Positions 10,851-23,514 of a DNA stretch of 64,000 nucleotides are shown here, piece by piece. This stretch comes from Macrostomum hystrix (Eukaryota > Animalia > Platyhelminthes). The position numbers and the translations under genes were made by a program. The DNA lies in the NCBI GenBank assembly GCA_950097015.1, contig CATNEN010000005.1:62001-126000 (forward strand), given 5' to 3'. Position 1 is the first letter of the stretch. Every line of letters starts with the position of its first letter. A model generated the notes under the pieces. The model did no database searches. It was given only the letters and a program-made list of their open reading frames with translations, and was not told the DNA's origin.

Positions 10851-13020
10851 GAATCTGAGACAGTCAGGACTGCATTGAACTGAACTTAGCAATGCTCAGT
10901 GCCATTTAAAAATGTTTCCCACCAGTTGTGTTACAAGTTGACATTATCTGCTTCATCATTCAACATTTTAAAAGAAGAAAATAATTTCGCAAACAAAATT
11001 AAATTTACGCCATTGCTTTAACTTTATTTAGCTACTATTTGTCATTATCCATTCATCATTAACCATTGTTTTAGTTTTCCTAGCTTTGCCTTTGCTTTGG
11101 GTACATGATAAGTATTGTTTATTCTAAAAATTACTACTTTCAATCATTATTAAAAATGCTTCACATTTTCTGAATGCATTATTCATTTAAATTAGCTAGA
11201 TATATATTATTGCTGACGAAATGACTACACAAGGCAAGGCAGCAATTACAATAGTTACAAGAATACCGATTTAATTGATTTAGAAATATTTACATAGGCT
11301 TTACAATACATATAAATAACACTGTCGAAGGAATAACATAAAATATTTTTTACCACCATTTGATTACGAAGTCAAAGACTGTGTACATATAAATATAAAG
11401 CCGGTAATCTAATCTATAACTAGTAGTACGCAAAATATTTGCGTGTTCGACTTGCAGAATTACACCGTAGATTTAGAAGCGACAGAGAACGTGCTTTAAA
11501 TTACAAAATAAGTACAAAATAAATTACAAAAGCAACAACGCAGTCATTAATCATCTCACTTAACTTAAAAAAATTATTTCGAGTCATTGAAATTGAATCG
11601 GTTGTTTCTTACTTCCAGTTAAACAAAGAACTACAGAAAAACTAATGAAAAAATCATTAATCAGTTTTAGTACTGTCAGTTTATGTTTTAAAAGTTGCTT
11701 ATTTGTTTCTGCTTTAAGGACAAATTGATTTTAGGCACGCTCGTAAATAGGCAGACAGACTTTTTTAACTGTGCATTAATATATTTCTAAATCTTCGCCA
11801 GCTAAAAATGTTCCCTTACTAATTAGCAGTCATTTAGTACATTAGCAGTCAAAATCAAAGCTTACCTTTGGGAGCAGTTACTTGCCTATTTACCTGATTT
11901 ACCTATCGCAAAATTTCACTCGATCTATTTCTTTTATTTTTATTGAACCAAAACTTCGGACCTTCTAAAAATTTTAAAATTCTAAATTTCTATTTTTTAC
12001 TTTTATATTTAGATTTTAATAGAAATGTTTTAATACAAGAAAATATATACAGCAGTAGAGCCCCAACAAGGGCTGACCTGCAGTCCAGATTGGACAAGGC
12101 CGTTTAACAACAACCTTTGGGAGCAAATGAGCGATGATATTTACATTCAGATGACTAAACTAAAGTTATACTTTTTGAGTAGACACAAGTTCGCTGCTTT
12201 ATTGCTTTGCGTGCATTTTCCTACGCGGTTTCACGAGTAATTAAAACATGGGAAGTTTACATTTTCATCAGAAATCGAAATAATGTCTCAACTAATTTAC
12301 ATCATGCGTACATATGTATTCGAACATATGCATATTACACGTACTACATGTTTCCGTAAAATTATTCGAAGCTCACTCTGCCAAATTGAATTGGTAAATA
12401 GTAAATTTAGACATTCAAATTATTAGTAGCGTATACATATTACTGTATTATATATAAGAAACTAAGGTTTCATTTACTGGATTAGTAAAGTAAAGTAATG
12501 ATCGGGATATAACAAAAACACAAAAGTTTTGTTACTTGTAAAAAACGAAACACAAGGATTTCGCAATATTTTATTTTATTTTTAATTGGTACAATTATTT
12601 CCCATTAAATACTCTGACGAAGAGGATTAAAAGGTTCATAAATACCAGAGGCCTTAGAAAGAGCAGTTATGCGTATTTTTAAAAGTAACAAAGTTTTTAA
12701 GATTACTCTACTAAACTTTTAGTTCAACGAGTATACATTCTTTCTAATGCATTTGTTGCATGCAGAAATTAATTCAAGTTATCGTATCGCCAACACGGTA
12801 CATGCTGTCCTTATCCAGTAAATTTAAAGTCAATTTAAATGTAAAACAATAATATCAAGTAAAAGTTACTACAAAGAATTGATAATCCAATAACAGGTTA
12901 GTCTAATATTTAACAATTTCACGAAGACAATTTCATATACAAGCACAATCTGTATGAAAATTTTTGAGATCGTGCATAGATTAGCAGTATTAGAACAGTG
13001 AGAATTTTCGAATAATTGAG

Positions 13021-13246
13021 TCAGGCCCACTGACACTGCGCTAATACCATATTAGCCGAGCAACAATCTATCTGCCATCCGTCATCTTCAATGACCAACT
13101 CGCCTGGCTGAGCAGCTGAGCTCATTGTGTCTTGAAGGCAGGATAAGTCTTCCATGGACACTGAGGGAACATCTGACAACTCGGCTGGTCTTGCCTGCTG
13201 ACACTGATCAACCTGCTGGCTAGGATAACCATGAGGAGGAGAAAAG

Positions 13247-13281
<35 letters not shown>

Positions 13282-16200
13282 ATGGTAACATTGCTGACAA
13301 GGTTGGCTTTGATGAATATTTGAGTGCGCATGCGAATCATGTGGCGGAAACTGATGATAATGCTGGGGAAAATGATGAGGCGAATCTGAAATTAAAACCG
13401 GCAGTTCGGCTGAGACTACTTACTTTAAATTAATTATAGTAGTATTGTGCGCGAATGTTTGTTTGATTATATTTTCAACTCACCAAAACTCCACGGCAAT
13501 CTCCAGGAGGTTGACAATTCGCTCTGTTCCGAGGTTTGTCGACTCTGTTGCCAGGAGTTTGACGATGGCGGCGGTGGTAGCAACGGTGGCGGTGTCGGAG
13601 CCAGAGATGATTGATGCCCACCTGCAGCATTGTTGCCATGAAAGCCGCTGCCGCTGCCCGAAGCCAACGAGCCTCGCCCAGATGAGGAGGGGCAGCAGCT
13701 CACGCTGCTAGAGCTGTCGGTGGCGGCTGAGATTGTGGAAGCTGCAGATGTATTAGCGCCGTCTTGCAGTCGATGAACGGTTTGACGATCCGATGACAAC
13801 AAAGTTGAACAGGTGGACGATAATTCCGGTTCCAACTTCAACAAGTCCTTGGATGAGACCGCTGCGGAGGGTTTGAGATGCTTGCATGTCTGTATTCTTC
13901 CTCTCATCAAACCTCATTTCTTACTCACTAGACACTTTATTTCACCACCCACACCATTCATCATTTTCCCCATTACATTCTTGTTTTCCCTATCCCAATT
14001 TGATATTCCTAATTCCTTCCTCATTTATCATGTTCCATTCCTAATTTTCCCCCAACGCTTTCCTCATTTCCGCGAATACCATTTCATATTTTTCCACCCC
14101 ATTCCTTAATTTCCCAATCACATTCCTTATTTCCCAATCACATTCCTCATTTCCCAATCACATTCGTCATTTCCCAATCACATTCCTTAATTTCCCAATC
14201 ACATTCCTTATTTCCCAATCACATTCCTTAATTTCCCAATCACATTCCTTAATTTCCCAATCACATTCCTTATTTCCCAATCACATTCCTCATTTTCCAA
14301 TCACATTCCTTAATTTCCCAATCACATTCCTTAATTTCCCAATCACATTCCTTATTTCCCAATCACATTCCTCATTTTCCAATCACATTCCTTAATTTTC
14401 CAATCACATTCTCCTTTCGCCCATCACATTTCTTGCCCATTCATGTCAGTTGAAATCATCCGTTAGCTCTCACCCGGAGCAGCGTCAGCGAAGCATTTCA
14501 ACCGGTTCTGAATGAAACAATGCTGCTCCTCTTGCTTAACAAGACTAGCAACCGCAGCTAGCTTTGTTCCCTTCCTATTAATTCTCCCCAGTCTTGGTCG
14601 CGGCTGGGCCACCATCAACAGCTGATCCACCGGGCCGGCTAAACCCGGAGCAAAATATCCCTCATCGTCAGGTTCGTCGAATTCTCCTCCGAGATCCGCG
14701 GCTTCCAGCCAGCATTGGTCCATCGCGGCCGAGAACGGCTGCCTCGGTGAATAGTCAGAATCTCCGGCTACAAGAGTCCGGCTGCCGACGCTCGCGCTGC
14801 TCACAGGCGTTCCACCTCTGCCGCCGACTCCGCCGCCTTCGCCAGCACCAGCTTTGTAACCGCCACCGTTGGATCTTCCATAGCGTCTAAGCCGATTCTC
14901 TTCCGCTTTGGAGCTCCAGCTTTCGCCTTTGAACTTCTTGGTGGCGTAGGCTTCCGCACCGTGCACCGTTTTGATGTGCTTGCGAAGCGAGCTTGGGTCC
15001 GTGTACCGCTTGCCACAGCCGCTGGCTGCTCGGCACTGGTACGGCTTCTCGGTAGAGTGAGTCCGATTCTGATGCTTCGCACGATCCGAGGCGTTTGAGA
15101 ACGCTTTGCCGCAGCCTGGAACCTCGCAAGGGTAGGGCTTCTCGCCAGTGTGTGATCGGAAGTGAGTCTTTATATTCTCTAGCCGCGAGTAGGCCTTCGT
15201 GCAGCCCGGGAACTGTGGGATCGGTTAGTAATTTGAGCATCGGTTAGTCTCAACGATGGAATATCCTGTCTCTAGGATGGAATGTCCTGTCTCTACGATG
15301 GAATATCCTGTCTCTACGATAGAATATCCTGTCTCTACGATGGAATATCCTGTCTCTACGATGGAATATTCTGTCTGTACGATGGAATGTCCTGTCTCTA
15401 CGATGGAATATCCTGTCTCTACGATGGAATATCCTGTCTCTTGGATGGAATATCCTGTCTCTTGGATGGAATATCCTGTCTCTACGATGGAATGTCCTGT
15501 CTCTACGATGGAATTTCCTGTCTCTAGGATGGAATGTCCTGTCTCTACGATGGAATATCCTGTCTCTTGGATGGAATATCCTGTCTCTAGGATGGAATGT
15601 CCTGTCTCTACGATGGAATATCCTGTCTCTACGATGGAATATCCTGTCTCTTGGATGGAATATCCTGTCTCTTGGATGGAATATCCTGTCTCTACGATGG
15701 AATGTCCTGTCTCTACGATGGAATATCCTGTCTCTACGATGGAATTTCCTGTCTCTAGGATGGAATGTCCTGTCTCTACGATGGAATATCCTGTCTCTAT
15801 GATAGAATATCCTGTCTCTAAGATGGAATATCCTGTCTCTAGGATGGAATATCCTGTCTCAACGATGGAATATCCTGTCTCAACGTTGGAATATCCTGTC
15901 TCAACGTTGGAATATCCTGTCTCAACGTTGGAATATCCTGTCTCAACGATGGAATCCACAATTTAGAACTTACCGAGCATTTGTAGGGCTTCTCTCCTGT
16001 GTGTCGTCTGACATGGACATTTAGCATATAGAGAGCTTTGAACGGCTTCAAATGGCGACTGCAGCCCTGCCAGTGACAGACAAACTCCTTGCTATCGCCG
16101 CTGCCTTTCACATGCAGTTCATTCACGTGCTGCGGGTTTGTGGCGAGTTCATAAATCCACGGCTTCATAAATTCACGAGCTCAAGTTAATTCAAGACTAC

Positions 16201-17104
16201 TCACATCGACCAGTTCAGTATTCGTCGCGAAATGTTCGCAACAGCCTGTCCAACCACATTCAGTTGCCACACTGCCGCTGCCTGTTCCATCTAGCTCATA
16301 TTCGTCCTCGGGTTCATCATTAGCCGCCTTCTTGTCCTGACTGTCCTCGGCTTCGTTGTCAAAATTGTCGGCGTTGTCTTCAGTGGACGAATTCTGTTCA
16401 TTAGGCGCTTTGTCAAAACTCGCAGAAGATGTCAGCACCGACGACTTCTGTCGATAGAAAACCGTATTTGCAGCGGCGGCTGCGGCGGCGGCGGCTGCGG
16501 CGGCGGTGATGTTTGTCGGCGGTGTCCTTGTCGGCGGGAAAAGTGGCGAGCCGCCGCCGCCGCCGCCACCGCCGCTGCCAAATGAGGCTGCCGACAGATG
16601 GCCGATAGATCCGTGGCTGCCGCGCGAGCTCGGCGACCTCTTGGATCCCAGCACCGGAATCCAGGTCAGGCAGTCGTGCGAAGCTGTCACCTGGCTGAGC
16701 TCCAAGTTGAAAGCGGAGTTGTCAACGGACGACTGGGACATTGCGCGTTTATTTGCTCCGCTGCCAAACTGATCGACAGCCGGCTGCTGCTGTTGCTGTT
16801 GAAATTGAGTCGGTGGAAACAATGGCGTGTAAGCGCCGCGAGCTGCGTAATGCGGCGAATATGGCTGCCACGGATTCGGCTGCTGCTGCTGCTGCTGCTG
16901 ATATGACAGGTGCTGCTGGTACTGCTGATAATGCTGTGGCTGCACTGTGAAGCTGGGGTTCGTTGGCACTGATCTGGCTCCATTTGGCAAGGGCTGAGAA
17001 TAGAATGCTGGATGATGCTGATAATGATGATGAAGCTGCTGCTGTTGAGGCTGCATTTGCTGCTGATACAAAGGGTGACGAAAGTTGGACGGCGTTGTTT
17101 CCAT
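13021..17104 (-). CDS. GLI: GLI/cubitus interruptus family zinc-finger transcription factor, ~845 aa; exons 17104-16205, 16129-15974, 15212-14474, 13861-13484, 13385-13021
   Basis: Five GLI-type C2H2 fingers (CGWTGC..ELVD|HVNELH; [21 protein letters not shown]; [22 protein letters not shown]; [16 protein letters not shown]; [18 protein letters not shown]) and an SUFU-type GSIGHLS motif. All four GT-AG introns join in frame (phases 0,0,1,1) to TGA at 13021. The start and the last two exons are less certain than the finger exons. Confidence 0.92.
14100..14420. repeat. 20-21-bp intronic minisatellite (GLI intron 3)
   Basis: Unit TTCCCAATCACATTCCTTAAT. Confidence 0.9.
15245..15958. repeat. 21-bp intronic minisatellite filling GLI intron 2
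   Basis: Unit ATGGAATATCCTGTCTCTACG; occupies ~710 of 761 intron bases. Confidence 0.97.
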
Positions 17105-17554
17105 GACAACTACAGACGCCGCTGACTGATTGTAAAAATAGTTTCTCGCTTTGAGATCTGTTTGAATAGAAGTCCAGTTTAGAATGACCAAGCATTAGCT
17201 AATCAATGTTTTTATAATTGATTTACTCGAAATCTTGGATAGATTTTACTGGTTATATTTATGTCCTAACATGATATGGTCTGTCTTTGCAGTGTGGGTA
17301 ATTAATCATTTAAGCATTCCTAGACACAGAATAACTCTATTAATTAATTAATTCTGATAAGCGCGCCATGAGCCAAGGCTAGAGAGACGAGCGCTAATTT
17401 GATAATTTACTATTTGTTGCAGCACCTATACAAAGTAGCAAATTTTGAGATTTTACTGTGGAAAAAAAGGAAAAAAATGCTAGAAAAAATGCAGAAGGCA
17501 AGACAAAAGATAAGATGTTTGGAAAAGTAAGGATAACGGCGAGAGCGAAAGGAT

Positions 17555-18300
17555 ATGAAGGGGAAATGGCGAGGGAGACGCAGGGGAATGGCGAGGGAGA
17601 CGCAGGGGAATGGCGAGGGAGGCATGGGAGGAATGGCGAAGGAGGCACGGGGGAATGGCGAAGGAGGCACGGGGGAATGGCGAGGGAGGCACGGGAGGAA
17701 TGGCGAAGGAGGCACGGGGGAATGGCGAAGGAGGCACGGGGGAATGGCGAGGGAGGCACGGGAGGAATGGCGAAGGAGGCACGGGGGAATGGCGAGGGAG
17801 GCACGGGGGGAATGGCGAGGAAGGCACGGGGGGGAATGGCGAGGGAGGCACGGGGGGAATGGCGAGGGAGGCACGGGGGGAATCAAGGACCACTAGTAGA
17901 TAGCACTAGTAGATACTACTCTAGCACTAGATAGCACTAGTAGATACTACTCTACTTGAGTAGTCCGTGGGGGGAATGGCGAGGGAGGCACGGGGGGAAT
18001 GGCGAGGGAGGCACGGGGGGGAATGGCGAGGGAGGCACGGGGGGGAATCAAGGACCACTAGTAGATAGCACTAGTAGATACTACTCTAGCACTAGATAGC
18101 ACTAGTAGATACTACTCTACTTAAGTAGTCCGTCGGGGGAACGGCGAGGGAGGCACGGGGGGAATGGCGAGGGAGGCACGGGGGGAATGGCGAGGGAGGC
18201 ACGGGGGGGAATGGCGAGGGAGGCACGGGGAAGGCGAGGAAGACACGGGCGAATGGCGAGGGAGGCACGGGGGGGAATGGCGAGGGAGAAAATGGGGAAG
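17555..18300. repeat. G-rich 21-bp minisatellite with a duplicated ~90-bp ACTAG-rich insert
   Basis: Unit GGGGAATGGCGAGGGAGGCAC; the block AATCAAGGACCACTAGTAGATAGCACTAG...GTAGTCCGT occurs at 17881 and ~18046. Confidence 0.9.
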
Positions 18301-19394
18301 AGGTGATGTTGCAACTAAGCACGTGTTGTGAAATAGCGATAAACAGATTCAACTTACCAACATTAATTAATAAGTTGAAAGCATTCTCACTTGGTTATTC
18401 TAGATATAGTAAATCCAAGTAAATTTATGGAATAAAAAGATAACGTGTGAAAGCATTTAAATCCTTAATTAATGTTAAACTTTCGTGCTAAACTTTAACT
18501 GATAAAGCTTTAGTTCCTACAAGCATAAACTTAGAATTTTTTTTCTAAACTGCTCAGCGACAATAAGCGAATCATAGCGAGGGTAATAAACTACGTTGTC
18601 TTGCTTTACAGTTGTTGCCATAAATTTGTGATAGTTAATATAGGAAAGGCAGACACAGATAGATGTTGAGAGAAGAGAATGGGTGGTGCATGAACTATAA
18701 ACAGACCCGTATTTTACTGGCCAGCGTGAGAATAGCTTATAGAGAATCTTGGAAAAACTGAACTCACCTTTGTCTACATTCTACGAGCTGCATGCTATAC
18801 AGCTAAAGCTTTTCAATTCTAGCGCTGTAAAACGGACAATAGAAAAGATTCTTCGCAATTTCCATGTCTGTCTCATTTTCGCCAGAATGTTCAATGTTAG
18901 TAAATGAGTAAGAAATATAGATTTAGGACAGATAGTCAGAGAGTGAGAAGACAGTCTTGTACTCGTACTGTGTAGAACTGAAAGCTTCATTCCACAGTAG
19001 TTTTGTGTGAGATTTCTTAATTATAAAAATAAATCCCATTGTTAAACAGCGTTGAAACTACGAGAGTAACTTTCATGTTTAAAGTGCTAAAAAACTATGA
19101 ATAAACCTGGGTTCTTATGTTTGCCACATTTTCCACCAGCTACAGAACATGAACTCGGTGGGGAATTAAATATCAAGCATTTTTAACTTCCTAATGTGTT
19201 AAAATTGCACTTTTCTTAAGCTTTTCGTGTAGAGAAGAATTTAGTTATATCGATCTTTACACATTCGCTACTAAGTTTTCTATAACAAAATAAATTAAAA
19301 TCCATTTTTTCTTAAAAACACACAGGCAAATTTAATCCCGACTTCAACCTGTCCTATAGGAAAATCCCAATTCCATCAATCGACATTTCAAGAT

Positions 19395-22300
19395 ACAAAT
19401 CCCAAGGATGTCAGGAAGCTACAGAAATCCAAGTCCCAACTCGGTGGGGATGTCAGGAAGCTACAGAAGTCCAAATCCCAAATCGGTGGGGATGACAGGA
19501 AGCTACAGAAATCCAAATCCCAACTCGGTGGGGATGTCAGGAAGCTACAGAAATCCAAATCCCAACTCGGTGGGGATGTCAGGAAGCTACAGAAATCCAA
19601 ATCCCAACTCGGTGGGGATGTCAGGAAGCTACAGAAATCCAAATCCCAACTCGGTGGGGATGTCAGGAAGCTACAGAAATCCAAATCCCAATTCGGTGGG
19701 GATGTCAGGAAGCTACAGAAATCCAAATCCCAAGGATGTCAGGAAGCTACAGAAATCCAAATCCCAACTCGGTGGGGATGTCAGGAAGCTACAGAAATCC
19801 AAATCCCAACTCGGTGGGGATGTCAGGAAGCTACAGAAATCCAAATCCCAACTCGGTGGGGATGTCAGGAAGCTACAGAAATCCAAATCCCAACTCGGTG
19901 GTGATGTCAGGAAGCTACAGAAATCCAAATCCCAACTCGGTGGGGATGTCAGGAAGCTACAGAAATCCAAATCCCAACTCGGTGGGGATGACAGGAAGCT
20001 ACAGAAATCCAAATCCCAACTCGGTGGGGATGTCAGGAAGCTACAGAAATCCAAATCCCAAGGATGTCAGGAAGCTACAGAAATCCAAATCCCAACTCGG
20101 TGGGGATGACAGGAAGCTACAGAAATCTAAATCCCAACTCGGTGGGGATGTCAGGAAGCAAAAGAAATCCAAATCCCAACTCGGTGGGGATGTCAGGAAG
20201 CTACAGAAATCCAAATCCCAACTCGGTGGGGATGACAGGAAGCTACAGAAATCCAAATCCCAACTCGGTGGGGATGTCAGGAAGCTACAGAAATCCAAAT
20301 CCCAACTCGGTGGGGATGACAGGAAGCTACAGAAATCCAAATCCCAACTCGGTGGGGATGACAGGAAGCTACAGAAATCCAAATCCCAACTCGGTGGGGA
20401 TGTCAGGAAGCTACAGAAATCCAAATCCCAATTCGGTGGGGATGACAGGAAGCTACAGAAATCCAAATCCCAACTCGGTGGGGATGACAGGAAGCTACAG
20501 AAATCCAAATCCCAACTCGGTGGGGATGTCAGGAAGCTACAGAAATCCAAATCCCAATTCGGTGGGGATGACAGGAAGCTACAGAAATCCAAATCCCAAC
20601 TCGGTGGGGATGTCAGGAAGCTACAGAAGTCCAAATCCCAAATCGGTGGGGATGACAGGAAGCTACAGAAATCCAAATCCCAACTCGGTGGGGATGACAG
20701 GAAGCTACAGAAATCCAAATCCCAACTCGGTGGGGATGTCAGGAAGCTACAGAAATCCAAATCCCAACTCGGTGGGGATGTCAGGAAGCTACAGAAATCC
20801 AAATCCCAACTCGGTGGGGATGACAGGAAGCTACAGAAATCCAAATCCCAACTCGGTGGGGATGACACGAAGCTACAGAAATCCAAATCCCAACTCGGTG
20901 GGGATGTCAGGAAGCTACAGAAATCCAAATCCCAATTCGGTGGGGATGTCAGGAAGCTACAGAAATCCAAATCCCAATTCGGTGGGGATGTCAGGAAGCT
21001 ACAGAAATCCAAATCCCAATTCGGTGGGGATGTCAGGAAGCTCCAGAAATCCAAATCCCGATTCGGTCGGGATGTCAGGAAGCTACAGAAATCCAAATCC
21101 CAATTCGGTGGGGATGTCAGGAAGCTACAGAAATCCAAATCCCAACTCGGTGGGGATGTCAGGAAGCTACAGAAATCGAAATCCCAACTCGGTGGGGATG
21201 TCAGGAAGCTACAGAAATCTAAATGCCAACTCGGTGGGGATGTCAGGAAGCTACAGAAATCCAAATCCCAACTCTGTGGGGATGTCAAGAAGCTACAGAA
21301 ATCCAAATCCCAAATCGGTGGGGATGACAGGAAGCTACAGAAATCCAAATCCCAACTCGGTGGGGATGACAGGAAGCTACAGAAATCCAAATCCCAACTC
21401 GGTGGGGATGTCAGGAAGCTACAGAAATCCAAATCCCAACTCGGTGGGGATGTCAGGAAGCTACAGAAATCCAAATCCCAACTCGGTGGGGATGACAGGA
21501 AGCTACAGAAATCCAAATCCCAACTCGGTGGGGATGACAGGAAGCTACAGAAATCCAAATCCCAACTCGGTGGGGATGTCAGGAAGCTACAGAAATCCAA
21601 ATCCCAATTCGGTGGGGATGTCAGGAAGCTACAGAAATCCAAATCCCAATTCGGTGGGGATGTCAGGAAGCTACAGAAATCCAAATCCCAATTCGGTGGG
21701 GATGTCAGGAAGCTCCAGAAATCCAAATCCCGATTCGGTCGGGATGTCAGGAAGCTACAGAAATCCAAATCCCAATTCGGTGGGGATGTCAGGAAGCTAC
21801 AGAAATCCAAATCCCAACTCGGTGGGGATGTCAGGAAGCTACAGAAATCGAAATCCCAACTCGGTGGGGATGTCAGGAAGCTACAGAAATCTAAATGCCA
21901 ACTCGGTGGGGATGTCAGGAAGCTACAGAAATCCAAATCCCAACTCTGTGGGGATGTCAAGAAGCTACAGAAATCCAAATCCCGATTCGGTGGGGTTGTC
22001 AAAAAGCTACAGAAATCCAAATCCCAATTCTGTGGGGATGTCAGGAAGCAAAAGAAATTTAAATGCCAACTCGGTGGGGATGTCAGGAAGCTACAGAAAT
22101 CCAAATCCCAACTCGGTGGGGATGTCAGGAAGCTACAGAAATCCAAATGCCAACTCGGTGGGGATGTCAGGAAGCTACAGAAATCCAAATCCCAACTCGG
22201 TGGGGTTGTCAAAAAGCTACAGAAATCCAAATCCCAACTCGGTGGGGATGTCAGGAAGCTACAGAAATCCAAATCCCAATTCGGTGGGGATGTCAGGAAG

Positions 22301-22890
22301 CTACAGAAATCCAAATCCCAACTCGGTGGGGATGTCAGGAAGCTACAGAAATCCAAATCCCAACTCGGTGGGGATGTCAGGAAGCTACAGAAATCCAAAT
22401 CCCAACTCGGTGGGGATGTCAGGAAGCTACAGAAATCCAAGTCCCAACTCGGTGGGGATGTCAGGAAGCTACAGAAATCCAAGTCCCAAGGATGTCAGGA
22501 AGCTACAGAAATCCAAATCCCAACTCGGTGGGGATGTCAGGAAGCTCCAGAAATCGAAATCCCAACTCGGTGGGGATGTCAGGAAGCTAAAAAAATTCAA
22601 ATCCCAACTCGGTGGGGATGTCAAGAAGCTGCAGAAATCCAAATCCCAACTCGGTGGGGATGTCAAGAAGCTACAGAAATCCAAATCCCAACTCGGTGGG
22701 GATGTCAAGAAGCTACAGAAATCCAAATCCCAACTCGGTGGGGATGTCAGGAAGCTCCAGAAATCCAAATCCCAACTCGGTGGGGATGTCAAGAAGCTAC
22801 AGAAATCCAAATCCCGATTCGGTGGGGATGTCAGGAAGCTCCAGAAATCCAAATCCCAACTCGGTGGGGATGTCAAGAAACTACAAAACA
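19395..22890. repeat. 42-bp minisatellite, ~83 copies, with 328-bp and 672-bp higher-order periods
   Basis: Unit GATGTCAGGAAGCTACAGAAATCCAAATCCCAACTCGGTGGG; 34-bp deletion units cause the frame switches seen in the ORF track. Confidence 0.98.
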
Positions 22891-23514
22891 TGAATCTTAA
22901 TTTCGTGAGAATGACAAAATCAACAGAAATCCCAATTTCCATGAAATCTGGACAGCAATAAAGAACAGAAATCTCAAATCAGCAGATTCTAAACTCACAA
23001 ATCAGAATGTCTAAAAAGCAGCAATCCCCATCCTGTACAATGTCAGCGGTCGACTCAAAGTCTTGGCCATCAGTCGCCGTTCATTCTTGCAAACAAACTT
23101 AATCTCTTTTTCTTAACCTTCCTTTTTGGCTCCAGCAAGGCAGCTAATATAAAAGCCTGCTTGTTGAAATTATGAAATGAGCAATCTGCAGTTCCTCTAT
23201 GCTCCGCTTTGTATTGCTTGCTTGCTTTACACGTGCTGTTCTGGCACTTCAAAGAAAAGCCGACAGCGAAAACGAGACCGCGGGGGAAGACGATGGAGGA
23301 GCTTGCCCTGGGTCTTAGGCTTAGGCGGTATTAAGCTCCAAACAAAGCGGGGTAATGCTTGGTCAGAAGGCGGGCGTTGTTTCAAGGAAATGATCCCCAA
23401 AAACCGCAGCACAAGCCATTGAGTCTCCCCCCGGGCCGCGGAGGAGAGAAGGGGCGATTTAGGAAATTTCTTCAAATTCTTTCCTAGATTAAACTCTCTC
23501 CGACTCTCTCTACA

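Noticed and set aside
18678-18690. GLI-binding-like site TGGGTGGTG near the GLI 5' region (also CACCACCCA at ~13943)
   Set aside because: One mismatch to GACCACCCA; expected by chance in 64 kb.
19408-22961. ~1000-aa ORFs in several frames (GDVRKLQKSKSQLG, MSGSYRNPNPNSVG repeats)
   Set aside because: The 42-bp unit is a multiple of 3 and happens to lack stops; 34-bp units shift frame freely, which shows no coding constraint.
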